From contig UYFQ01000830.1 in assembly GCA_900617105.1 (NCBI GenBank), forward strand, positions 1 to 64,000: DNA of 64,000 nt, written 5' to 3'. This DNA comes from Hydrurus foetidus (lineage: Eukaryota). Positions 10,705-22,193 of this stretch are shown piece after piece. Each line of letters opens with the position of its first letter. Positions within the stretch are counted from its first letter, which is position 1. Under the pieces are notes generated by a model. That model saw nothing but the letters and a program-made list of their open reading frames with translations. It had not been told where the DNA came from and did not search any database. The position numbers and the translations under genes are program-made.

Positions 10705-11057
10705 GGTCGCAACGCTTTTAGACGGGTGATGTCAAGTGATCACAGCGGTGTAAAGTACGATAGCTCCAGTTGTAGAGGTCAGTCAGGTATCGGTGCAACA
10801 ATGAAACTAGAAATTATAGGGTGACGAGTGTCCTGGTACGTACCCCCTTCGATGAACACACGTACAGAAAGTGTTCAGAGAGGAGGGAGGGTGAATTATT
10901 GTTGCTCAGCTTACTTCTTACTTATTGCTCAGCAGCTCCACCTACTGATCCCATCACAGGGTTGATTATGTAATGGATTTCTATGAGAACTCCTTCTTTG
11001 TCTGCACTTTTAATCTGGTGATATTGAGAAGAGATATCGAGCCACTGACTGAGTCGA

Positions 11058-14000
11058 ATGGAACTCGCACGTGCCGATGCAATAGCCAAGAAAGGTATTA
11101 ATTGGGGGAAGCTAACCTTCGAGCATTTGCTGAAGAAAGATGCTTGCCGTCGTGGGATTGCTGCAGATAAGGCATCCCGATTTTTGGATAAGGATCCTCT
11201 CAGAGATGAGTTTGAATCGAATCTCAAGGCTGTCACTGAGTTGGATGCTGGCAAGGAATTGCTGAATCTCTCCATTGAAGATCAGTGTAAGTTCTTCTCC
11301 AGCTATCCGAACTGCAAAAAATTGATTATTCGGGGTTGGAATACACCAATATCAGATTCCACCCTGAGGTGCATCTCGATAGTAATGGGAGAGTCTTTAC
11401 TCGAGCTCGACCTGTCATTCTCAGCTGTAGGGGCTAGTACACTGGAGATAATGCTATCCCACGTGCAGCATCTTCGTATTCTGCGATGCTCTCACTGTCC
11501 TAATCTAGATAGTATTTCTATGGGGCTCCTAGCAAAGCATGCTGGCACTACTCTGAAGGAGCTCTATGTCGACAATTGTATTCAATTTCGCCTCGAGCCC
11601 CTCTTAGCTCTCTCTGGATCCGTGGGATTTAATGCAGGATGTTTGAAAAAGTTGAGGACATTAGATCTCTCAGAATGCCCAGCAGATGACAGGGGACTGA
11701 TCTCAATAGCAAAGGTGACTTCGTTAATGAAATTGTGATTTATTTCATGCATATTGTGTTGCTGTAGATTTCAATTCACAAGTATGTGTCAGCCGCTCTG
11801 CTGTTTGCTCTGCTGGGACATAATCTTACCTTTGCACATTATTAGTGTCTATCGCATTCAGATTCTAATCCACTGACATTGTTTCAACACAAGCATGTTT
11901 GAGTACACCCAGTTCTGCGCCTAAATGACCTAGTCTACTCTGTTCTACTCAGCTATACTATGTTCAACTTTGTTTCATTCCTCTCTATTCTTATTTCTCT
12001 TTATTTTACTATCCTATGTTCTATCCCCAATTATCCCCTTTAGTTTGCTCCTATTGCTCCGTTTTCTTTTACACTACTCTTCCTCAGGGTTGTTGTATGC
12101 TGTCGTGTCTCAGTCTGGAGAATTGTCGAGTAGTGACGGACAAAGGGGTGATTCCCATAGTGCAAAGCAGCACACAACTGAGAAATCTTAATCTATCCGG
12201 CTGTGTGCTCCTCACAAACAAATCAGCTCTCAATATAAGTACGCACTGTCGATCACTGACGTCACTCAATCTCTCCAAGTGCACTTCTGTGTCCAATATC
12301 GGTGTGCGAGCAGTAGCATCTTGTTGTCCAATGCTACAACGCATCAATTTATCCGGGATAATTCGACTGTCAGAAGAGTCACTGTACGTACTGGTCACGA
12401 AATGTCCGTTCCTAGTTATGCTCAATGTCACCGGCTGTGAATCGATCACTAGTAACGGGCTGAAAGCTCTCATATCAGGCCTAAAATACGTTGAAATCAG
12501 CACTACTTTCACAGGATTTCGACCAATAAATGACTTTCAGAACTTAAGAAAAGCAGACGAGGAAATGCAACGACAGAACTCAGCAGTGATCATCATTCAA
12601 AAAGGATTTGAGAAAAAGAGAATCTTCAAAGAAACGTTAGCACTGCGAGAAGCTACAAGACTAGAGATGTCAGCTAGAGTGATACAAGGTGCCTATAGTA
12701 GGTACAGGAAGAGAATGTATTTCTACCATATCTGGATGGGGAAAAAGTGTTCGAAATGTGCCCTTGACATACAGGTGAGTGTATGTAACATGACATGGAT
12801 CTGAGGGTAGGAGTGATGAGAGAGGGAAGAGATGAAATGAAATGAGATGAGATGAGATGAGAATGAATGAAATGAGATGAGATGAGATGAGATGAGATGA
12901 GATGAGATGAGATGAGATGAGATGAGATGAAATGAGATGAAATGAGATGAGATGAGATGAGATGAGATTACATGAAATTACATGAGAGTAGGGAGGGAGG
13001 GAGGGAGGGAGGAGGGAGGAGGGAGGGAGGGAGGGAGGGAATGTTGTGTGGAGAATTTAAGAATGGTCTATTTGTCTCTTCGTATTGGTTTTTATCTAAT
13101 CAGCTATCTGTGTGTTTATCTATCTTCCTCTTCCCACTCGTAAAGCTCACCACTCTCCCTTGTCCCTCTCCCCCACTCTCTCTCTCATCTTCCTCAATTG
13201 CAGCGAGTGTGGCGAGGTAGAGCCGTCAGGAAAAGAGACAGAGCACTGGTGGCTGCTCGGAATGTTTTCCTCGGGAAGAAGAGATTCGCTATACTGATAC
13301 AAAAGGTTTCTCTCTCTCTGTCAACCTGTCCATCCTAGTAATGCATACATGCATAGATAGATAGATAGTCAAAATATCGCAATGCTTCGTACAGATATTA
13401 CAATGTATACCAGGAAATCATAAAACTTGCGCACCGACTACAACACATTTTACGAAATTTTGTAGATCCAGCCAAAAGCATTGTACCAGATACATTATCT
13501 TGCAACATGATATCATTACTCAATGCATCTATCAACTGTGTACCATGACTCACCTCTCACTCTAGACGTGTCGGGGCCACTATTCAAGAAGGAGGACTGT
13601 GCACGTGGCAGAGCGCATCGTACAGATGTATGTACGGAGGTGGGCGGAGTGCGAAGTGTCCATGTTCGTGCGTCTTCAATCCTTCGGAAGAAGATTCCTG
13701 ACGGCCAAGAAGATGAAGAACGTTCGTGAGGTGTACTACAGCAGGAAGAGATTAGAGCGCACGTCGTGTGTGCTCATGCAGAGCAGTGTCAGGAGGTACA
13801 TCGCATCACGTACGGTCATGAGGCTCAGACACCTACGCAACAAGGAGAGAGAGCTGCGATACAGAGCAGCTGTGCTACTGCAGAACTGGTACGTACGTAC
13901 GGCTAGGGGAAGACGTCAGAGGAGGGACGGCACGGACATGTTCGGGAGAGTACGTACGATGCGGCGGAGCATCTTGCTGCTTCAACGATCAGTCAGAGGG

Positions 14001-17000
14001 TATCAAAGCAGAGAAAAAACAGCGAGAGTAAAAATCAAGAATGCAGTAGACTGGTTTGCCGCAGCAGTGATTCAGCGGGTGTTCCGTGGATCCAAAGTTC
14101 CGCACTGGAGGGACTTACGTATGAACTTTATTTGTGCCTTTGTGTTGGCAAGACATGTGGAGGAGAGGGATAAGACCGTTGGACTTGCTAGAGAGAGATA
14201 TCGAGGGTTTCTCACGGATAACAGGCGTGACTCAGCCTCAGAAAGTGACACTGATGTAGAGGAGGAGGGGCAGGGAGAGGGACAGGGACAGAGTAAGGGG
14301 GGCATGTGGCGTAGAAGAAAAGACAGGCAGAGTAGTGAGATAGTGTGGGTAGCGGTTATGGACTATAAGAGGGGAATGCCTTCTTGGCGTAACAGCAGCA
14401 CTGGGGAAGTTGTGTACGTTGAGCCAGTCGAAGCGCAGGCACATGAGAAGGCAATGGTGGGGCAGATAGTCAGGTGCGTGCGTGCGTGCGTGCAATCCAC
14501 TCGACTCTCTTTCTCTCTCTTCTTACCTCCCATTCTTCCTCATCTACTCCCATTCTTCTTTCATCCTACTCTTAGCTCTTTTCTCAAGTCGTGTGTTTCA
14601 TCTTTGTATTAACAATACATTTCGATTTATCATACCCCTCCGACCTGTTCACTCTTTCTGAAGAGCTTGAGAACCAATAACATTCTTCAAATACGACCTG
14701 AATAACTCCTCTTCTTCGCACCTCCGCTATTTCCCTGTACCGCACTATCCATCATCTCCTCCCTCCACTCTCCTTCATCTTATCTGTGTATCTCATAATC
14801 TTCCTGAATGTGACTTGAAGAGTGTACTGGGTGGTGGAGCGATTTTGGTACGAGGGTACGATTATTCGGTACAACTCTATCAAGGAGAGACATAAAATCC
14901 TCTATACTGACGGGGACTGCGAGTGGATGAATCTCGAGCAGAACAGCGACAGAGTGCAGGTCATGTGCACAGATGGATCGTGGGTCATGGTAAGAATCGA
15001 AACAAGTTACAATTCTATCCGCTACACTATCAATGTCTTTTCTTTACGTAATTTCTGCGAGTTGTGCGAGCAAAACGCACTTTTGTTATTTCCTTGTCTA
15101 GTGCCCTCTCTTGTCCGAATAGTTGTCCTTCCTCTATCCTCACCATCACTCACACACTTATTCTATTGTGCTCGTCAACTCTCTCTGCTCTTCGTCATTT
15201 TGCACGCCACTTCCTATTTTTCCCTATGCTAGATTGCACTGCACTTCATCACACTCGTTCACTGCTCTATGCTAATGTCACTTTCTCATATTGCCGAATC
15301 CCTCTGCTCTGTAACTGTGACAGTACTCGATGTTCGAGACACCCGGCCTGGTGGCTGCGCACGAGAGGGCGAAAGAAAGAGCAATAAGAGAGTCAGCGAA
15401 GGCACAGGCGTATTCGGATGCAAGGCAGTGGACGGTCATCACGTCTTCCCCGAGAGGTATTCTACTGTGTGATTTTAAAAGATGTTATACCATATTATGC
15501 GATGCTTTGATGCGATGTAAACTACCAGTATATTTGACCACCCTTTATGTTACCTTCCTCCCTCCCTCTCTTCTTCCCTTCTTCCCACCCACACCTAACA
15601 TAGTCCTACCCCTCCCAAACACGCTTTCTGCTCGCCTCTACCAACCCTCATTCCTCCCATTCCCTTCTCTTCTCTACAGCCCTCAAAGGCACGAGCATTA
15701 AAAATTCTGCGGACCGTTCCGTGATGCTGCTGTCGGAGAAGACAGGGCAGATGCGCACAGGATATCCCAATGCAGCTGACTGGGTGATTGAGGTGGGGGA
15801 AGTGTAGTAGAAAAGATAGGATGAGATGGAGTGATGTATAGAAGAGGAAGGGAGAATGAGAGGAGGAGAAGCAAGGATCTCCTTCTCTTCAATCCATATG
15901 GCATGATAGGGGAAGGGGGGAGGGGTAGCATTGTATCGAAGATATTGGCACTCATCTGGACAAGCTAAACTAACCTTACAGTCACATGGCCATGTTATGT
16001 TTGCCGTCAGATGTCCCTCCATCACTCCAATTGTGTCAATTCAAGTTAACTGGATACGACATTGCATTACTGCTGATGGTGCCGCATTGGATCACTACAC
16101 GTCACATCACAACACAACACATCACAACACATCATATCACTACACGTCACATCACAACACATCACATCACAATGAACCGTACCGCACTTGATTGCACTCG
16201 GTCGCATAACCTACTTACCACGCAGCATCTACTTGAAGTAACCTCCACTGAATTCAATCCAATTCATTACAATCTGGTTCAATCCATTCCAATCAATTTA
16301 ACTCTCACCCACCCACTCAGGATGACGGTCATGGCTACCCGGTGTTCGTGAACAAGAGAAGCAGGGAAACATCTTTCGAAGACCCTAGATTTGAAGAGAA
16401 TGAAGACGAAGACACAGCAGCTCAGAGAGACTTCGTGATGGGGGAAGTGCGATTCGCGGGGTACGGTATGACAGATATGAGTGGGTGTTGCTTAGTGAGT
16501 CACTCAATGCTATTCAGTCTCGTTCAAGCGATTCATCCTCTTCTTTCTTCTGGTGTCCTGTCCTCCTGCTTCAACGCAATACCCAACAGCTCTCAGTTTT
16601 TTTCCTTGTGCATATATCAGTTGACTTGATTTGCATGAGACTGACTCATTGCATTGAGCCGTGCGTGTCATTGACTTCTCTCTTCCGCACTCCCCCTTCC
16701 CTTCCTCTTCTCTTCTCTCCTCAGCTCTCTTCTTTTCTCTTCTCTCCTCTACCCTACTCTTCTCTACTCTACTCTACTCTACTCTACTCTACTCTTCTCT
16801 CGCATCAATCTTTATTACTCTCCTCAGCGATCACCTCTTCCTTTCTCTTCTCCTCCCCATTCTTTCGGTTAACATCTGTCCGATTTCTTTTCACCTTTAG
16901 ATATTTTTGCGCCGAGCTGCTCGAGACATATCTATCTGCCAAAAGGATTAACATCGAAGACAGAGAAAATGAAGACAGAGAGAATGATGTTCAGGAGGCT

Positions 17001-17485
17001 GTCGGGGATGAATGGAGGGAGAGGGAGAGAGAGAGAGGAGGGAATCGGAAGGAACAGGTAGCACAAAGCATACGCACACGAAGGTTGAGATGGAAGGCAG
17101 AAGAAGCGACAGGCCAGGTGGCAGTGGTAGAGTTCTCTCCGTGTCCCTCACTCGCATCGCCCAATCCTCTAAACCTAAACACCTCGCAGCGCACGTACTG
17201 AGAGCGAGAGCGCTGTACAGACCAGAGAGCTCAGTGGAGAGAACTAGTGACGTCATGATAGACGCTGAGCTAGACCACTACTCTTACATCGCATCCCAGC
17301 TAGCTCTGCTGGTCGATGAGTCTAGTCTGTGTGTGGGCAAAGCAGCGGATGCGAAGAGAAGGATCGTGGACCGACTCACCAGGAATAGCGGTCAGCGGCT
17401 TGATTGTCCTCAGTGCCTCAAACCCACTCAGAGACACCTGCAACATTGTCCGACATGCGGCAAAATACAAATATTCTACCACTGA
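11058..17485 (+). CDS. Multi-exon protein with cysteine-containing LRRs, IQ motifs, WW-like and Tudor-like domains and a C-terminal zinc ribbon
   Basis: LRR-CC repeats (LNLSGCVLLTN, LNLSKCTSVSN, LNVTGCESITS). IQ motifs (VIQGAYSRYR, LMQSSVRRY, VIQRVFRG). WW-like segments (WVAVMD...WRNSSTGEVVYVEP; DGHGYPVFVNKRSRETSFEDP). Tudor-like VYWVVERFWYEGTIIRY...HKILYTDGDCEW. Terminal CPQC...CPTCG. Joined by GT-AG introns; the last exon appears frameshifted. Confidence 0.8.
12831..13040 (+). repeat. Intronic (GATGA)n followed by (GGGA)n microsatellite
   Basis: Directly visible tandem pentamer and tetramer repeats after the donor near 12775. Confidence 0.95.
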
Positions 17486-19195
17486 ATTCTATCAGTGATA
17501 ACTAGACCCTCTTACACTCTTCACTGCCATTCTATTCTCCCCTTCTCTCTACCGCCCTCTCTCTACTCTGCTTACTTCTTTCGTTCTCTTCTCTTTTCCT
17601 TCATTGTCTGTTGCAGCGCAGCCCTGTGCTGTTGAGTGTTCTGTTCAGCGCTCTATTCTATTCTATTCTGTTGTGTTGTGTTGTGTTGTGTAGTATTCGG
17701 TGACCTGTTCTGTTGTGATCTGTTTTGTAGCTCTCCACCCCTGGGCTTGGATCAGGAATCAGGAATCAAGTCCAGGATCCAGGGATGGGGAGTAACAGGG
17801 ACGGAGTAAATAGGTACAGATTGGGATGAGGGAGATAAAAAGGGAGAGGATGGGAACAAGAGACAGAAGGAGTGCACAGCGAAGAGATTGTGATGGATGT
17901 ACGGATGGACTATGTATCGATCGTTTTATCTGCAGCACAACTCTTCACTCATTCACTTACTCATTCATTCTCTCTCACACCGCTCAGCTGATCGAAGTGC
18001 TCGTCAGTGACACACTTCTCGCTCCTACCAATAAAATGCATGTTTCAACAGTATCAGTGGCTGTCCCATTCAGCGCTTTCTCTTTGTGCTTACAACACGC
18101 ATTTCATTTCTTGCGGTACACTGCTCTAAGAAGATACGTAGCATTGTATCGAATAGAGCGCTCTTGGTCGTCCTTACCGTCATGCCAATCGTCAAGAGTG
18201 GCTGCAAGGCATTTGATGAATCGTATGCATCAGTAATAAAGAATCTTATTAGACGTTCTATTTTTCAAGCGATTATACGCGAGTCAACGCGATTGATTTA
18301 CCTCGATCCAAAGCTGCGGCAACATTTTAATCGAGGAAAGAGAAGAAGAAAAGTCCATCAGTATTATAGAAGGGAAGAAGAGAAGGGGATGGAGACAGCC
18401 TTAAGTAAGCAGGCATCTGTTGACGTGCGATGCAGGGATGAGATGGGGCGGGACAGCGACTGACTATTCGACGTCACGAGAAGGGAGAGAGAGGGAGGGT
18501 GTGCGATGCTTTCTGAGGCACAGTACAGTACAGTACGATGCACCGCACCAATCCTCCCTTTCTCTCTCTCACTCTTCACCATTCTTCTGACCTTTTTTTT
18601 AATGCGAGGCGTGATGCGTCAAAATAGAACTGCATCTCTCGAACCCTCTCGCCAACCTGTCATTTGTTTATTACATCGTTTCGATAATATAGTATGCATA
18701 CACTCTAAACTGTGTCCCAGCCAATTTGTAACGCAATCAGTCATTAAGTCAGTCAGTCAGTCAAACTGACTGCGTCGTGCCACTATCTTGTGATGAGGAA
18801 CAGTCAAGCATATTGCTGTTACAAGTGCCTCTCAAGCACTACACTGCGCCACCGTACTCGATATGTCCCATGCCATGCCATGCTATCCGATATCAAGTCA
18901 AGTGATATTTGCCTGGATCATTCCGTGTCTCTCTATTCCATGGCATCGTGTTCAGTAGCAATCGGTATATATGCGTGATAGACATGCACTCTCGATATCA
19001 CACTCTCTCTCTCTCTTTGTGTCCCCTTCTAGCATATCTTAAATGGTGCGTGTATCTGCTCCTTTGATCGTATTGCATTGTGTTGCAATGCCACACTACT
19101 TGACTCTCGTCCAGTCCAACACATCACACATACTCACTCAAACGTGGTAGCATCACATCACACATCCTCACATCACACTGCACGTTGAAAACATG

Positions 19196-21172
19196 TTATC
19201 TCTTGACGTCGTCTTCATCGGGCTCCTCATATACATCTCCAGGTTCGGGAAATCTCCCTCTCTTGTCCATGTAATCTCTGCATGTTGAGAAGAAGTACGT
19301 CATCAGAAGGACAGCGATTCGAGGAGAGGAACAAATAAGGGAAGTAAAATCAACACAGGTGAAAGGAAGAGGTGGTAGAAAAGTGCAATACAGGTGATGA
19401 TGGGAGGAGAGGTAGACCAGAAGAATGACTTGGAAAAGAAAGGTAGGAAGAGGTGCGGGACCCCCCTCCTTTCCTCTCCTCTCCCCCCCTCCTTTTTACT
19501 CCCATCTCGGCAAGAACAACTCTAATTAATATCAACACCCCTCTATACTCATATCAACATATCTCTTCAAACTCTCATGCAGCGCATCGTAGCAGCAGTA
19601 TCAGGGGTATCACCTGAAAGCCATCGTGCTGAGCAGCAGAATGAGAATGCCTCCTTGGGCGTACACTCTAGTCTGCATGAGTTTCTTGCTCCACGTAATA
19701 TGAGATACCTACGCAAAACACAAGAAGTATCAATTCTAAATAATGTGTGAGAGCTGATAGTAAAAGAAGGGAGTGAGTGGTACTGTTATAAAGTCGTGCA
19801 TTCACCAGACACTCTCAGTTGATTTGATAGGAGGAGGGAATCTACACTGCTGGGATTTAGTATCAATAACTGCCTGTTATGTACCTTCATTTGTTCTCTA
19901 AGAGTGAGCCCTGCTATGGGCACAGCGAGTGAAAGCACTGTAGTGAAGGGATAGTCGTACAGGCCATTCGCTGCACAAGTGATGGAAATGTTGGTGTTAG
20001 CAGTTCCGATATTCAGAGTTTAATATGCAATAGTGAGTACTGAAGTCTCAGTGCCATGGATGGTTGGATAGTATTGCATTGCATCGCAAAGACTTGCATA
20101 GAACGATACTGAGGTAGTCTTCATCTATCACGCAGTCAGATAATTACTATTCATCCTCAGCTCATCTCTATCAAGAAAGTGGAAATATGACTGACACTCA
20201 TGCTGCACTGCGGCACATCCAGTGGTACAGTGCAGTACAAGACAGGACAGTGCAGTAAATAAACGATGAGAGCTGAGAACTGTGTGTTGCCGCATAGAGT
20301 GCACTTCTTCATCAGGAATCAAGTCAGCGACAGCAACAGTAATTGCGTTCATCATCACTTTTGTTACGTCTGTTCCAAAATACTGTTGCACTCGTAGCAC
20401 TAATTTAAGAAAAGAAGCAGCAGTACTGTTGACGATTTTGACTCTGGGCGTTATAGCTAAGGTGCAAAGCAGCACAATCTCTTGATATCTACAGTTGCTG
20501 CGTCAACCCAACTCACCTGCTCTATGATGTATGGGCATGTTTGTGACTTGTTTCGTCATCACTGCATGCTCGGTTAGCCCCCAACGCTCCGGAAATCTGG
20601 ATATCGAAAGGACTCGACAGATCAGTTGTGTTAATCAAATCTGTAAAATTGTTAAGCTGTAGATTTGAACCAGTTCATGACTGCCTGTGATTGTCGCTCT
20701 GTAACTTCGCGACAATGAGTTCTCACATCAAAAATCGACAGAACATCAATAGATGGATAATGTTGACGCACACACATATAAATGTGAATTAGGCAAGACA
20801 TGGCTGCTGGGAACCGTGTTACCTCATGGCATCATGCATCGAAATTTCGTATCCGTAAGTAAAGAGACCGAGCCCAGCCATGATGGGCAGTGAGGTTTTC
20901 GCTGATATCGACATGAATTTCGCAAAGTTTTGATTTGTGAGCGTCGCTCCAACGGATACACCAGCGCCAGCGATAAGACCGAAAAGACCTGTCGTATGAA
21001 ACCAGTAGGCGATTCGTTGAGGGTCACGTAGCAGAATTCAGCGCACAGAGCCATAAAGTCGATCCATCATACCGCATTTTATTCCCTCCCCCATCGCTAG
21101 TGATTGTATGCGATTTTGCATTTCCTCTTTATACTTGTCATTTTTCAGTATGTTAGATGAATTCGCTATCAT
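19196..21172 (-). CDS. HIG1-domain membrane protein (Rcf1/Rcf2/HIGD-like respiratory supercomplex factor); 6 exons, 202 aa, absent from the ORF track
   Basis: Exons 21172-21073, 20988-20823, 20596-20517, 19970-19885, 19708-19614 and 19277-19196, all GT-AG, total 609 nt. C-terminal HIG1 signature YDYPFTTVLSLAVPIAG...SKKLMQTRVYAQGGILILLL. Two additional N-terminal TM helices. Confidence 0.85.
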
Positions 21173-22193
21173 CCTGTGCAGATAGCTGGCTAGAAGCAGA
21201 CGGTTTTAAGAACAGTAGAGATAAGCTACAACGCAACCAATTTATTCGCTCATGTTCAAAGAGTGTGACACTTAATATCGAGATTATCTAGTCTACGCTG
21301 TAACCACACCAAACTGGTACAACGCCCTGGACTATTCCTCAGACTTGGAAGGATGCTCAGACATGGATTTTACTTCGTCTGCTTTGTCTGCGTGGATGAA
21401 ATGAAAAGTGGTGACGTGCTCTGAAAGCACGTACAGTACGGTATAGGCATGCGTGCACGTGTTTTTGTTTTTAAAATGTAAGTACGAGTACGAGTCCTGT
21501 GTCCTAATAGGTATGGGATCCTTATTTCAATTTGCGATGTCAAGAAGCTCAAAATGCAGATCATAGAAGCAGATCCGCTCTAAAAAAATATCACTCGATT
21601 CCCCACTTCCCCTGATGGCAGGTTGATAAAATGTTGCCATGGTCTTGCAAGAAGATTTTCTCACCGAGTAATGTATTTCATTCCAATTTCATTTGAGTAT
21701 TGTATTTCGTTCCATTCCAAGAGTTTATTGATTCTGACTTCTAACCAATGTAAACATGTGCGTGGTTTGGAGCTGATCTGAGGATCCGAGGTGCCTTCAT
21801 GAAGTTGACTCCAGATACATCAGAATAGCATACGCTGTTACACATTCAAATTTGTTGAACTCCTCGACTGTAAGAATACAAGGAGTTTTTCATCGCACGC
21901 TAGGAAGGAGCCACATTGATGTTTTTTTGTTACGAAGACTTACATGTATTCCATGTATTCCATAAATCATAAATATACCAACGAAAGACAAATATCTCTG
22001 TGTAGACCGGTCTACATTCATTTTTTGAAAAAATCAAATAATTTTTGAAACTGGGATTGTTGTGTTATTGATGCTTCATCAGCTGACACTTTGCATCTGA
22101 AATTTCAGTGGGCTGTAGTTTCTCAACAGCAGTTGCCATTTGCGAAGTCTGCGAATTGCGAAAGGTTAAATTTTTGACGGAAATTGCTGAGGA

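Noticed and set aside
20128..20475. 115-aa minus-strand ORF
   Set aside because: It lies within intron 3 of the HIG1-like gene and shows no recognisable motif.
22021..22050. TTTGAAA/TTTCAAA (CHR-like) motifs in divergent promoters, also at 29110, 60441 and 60492
   Set aside because: The same heptamer occurs in introns and other AT-rich DNA, so enrichment cannot be shown by eye.
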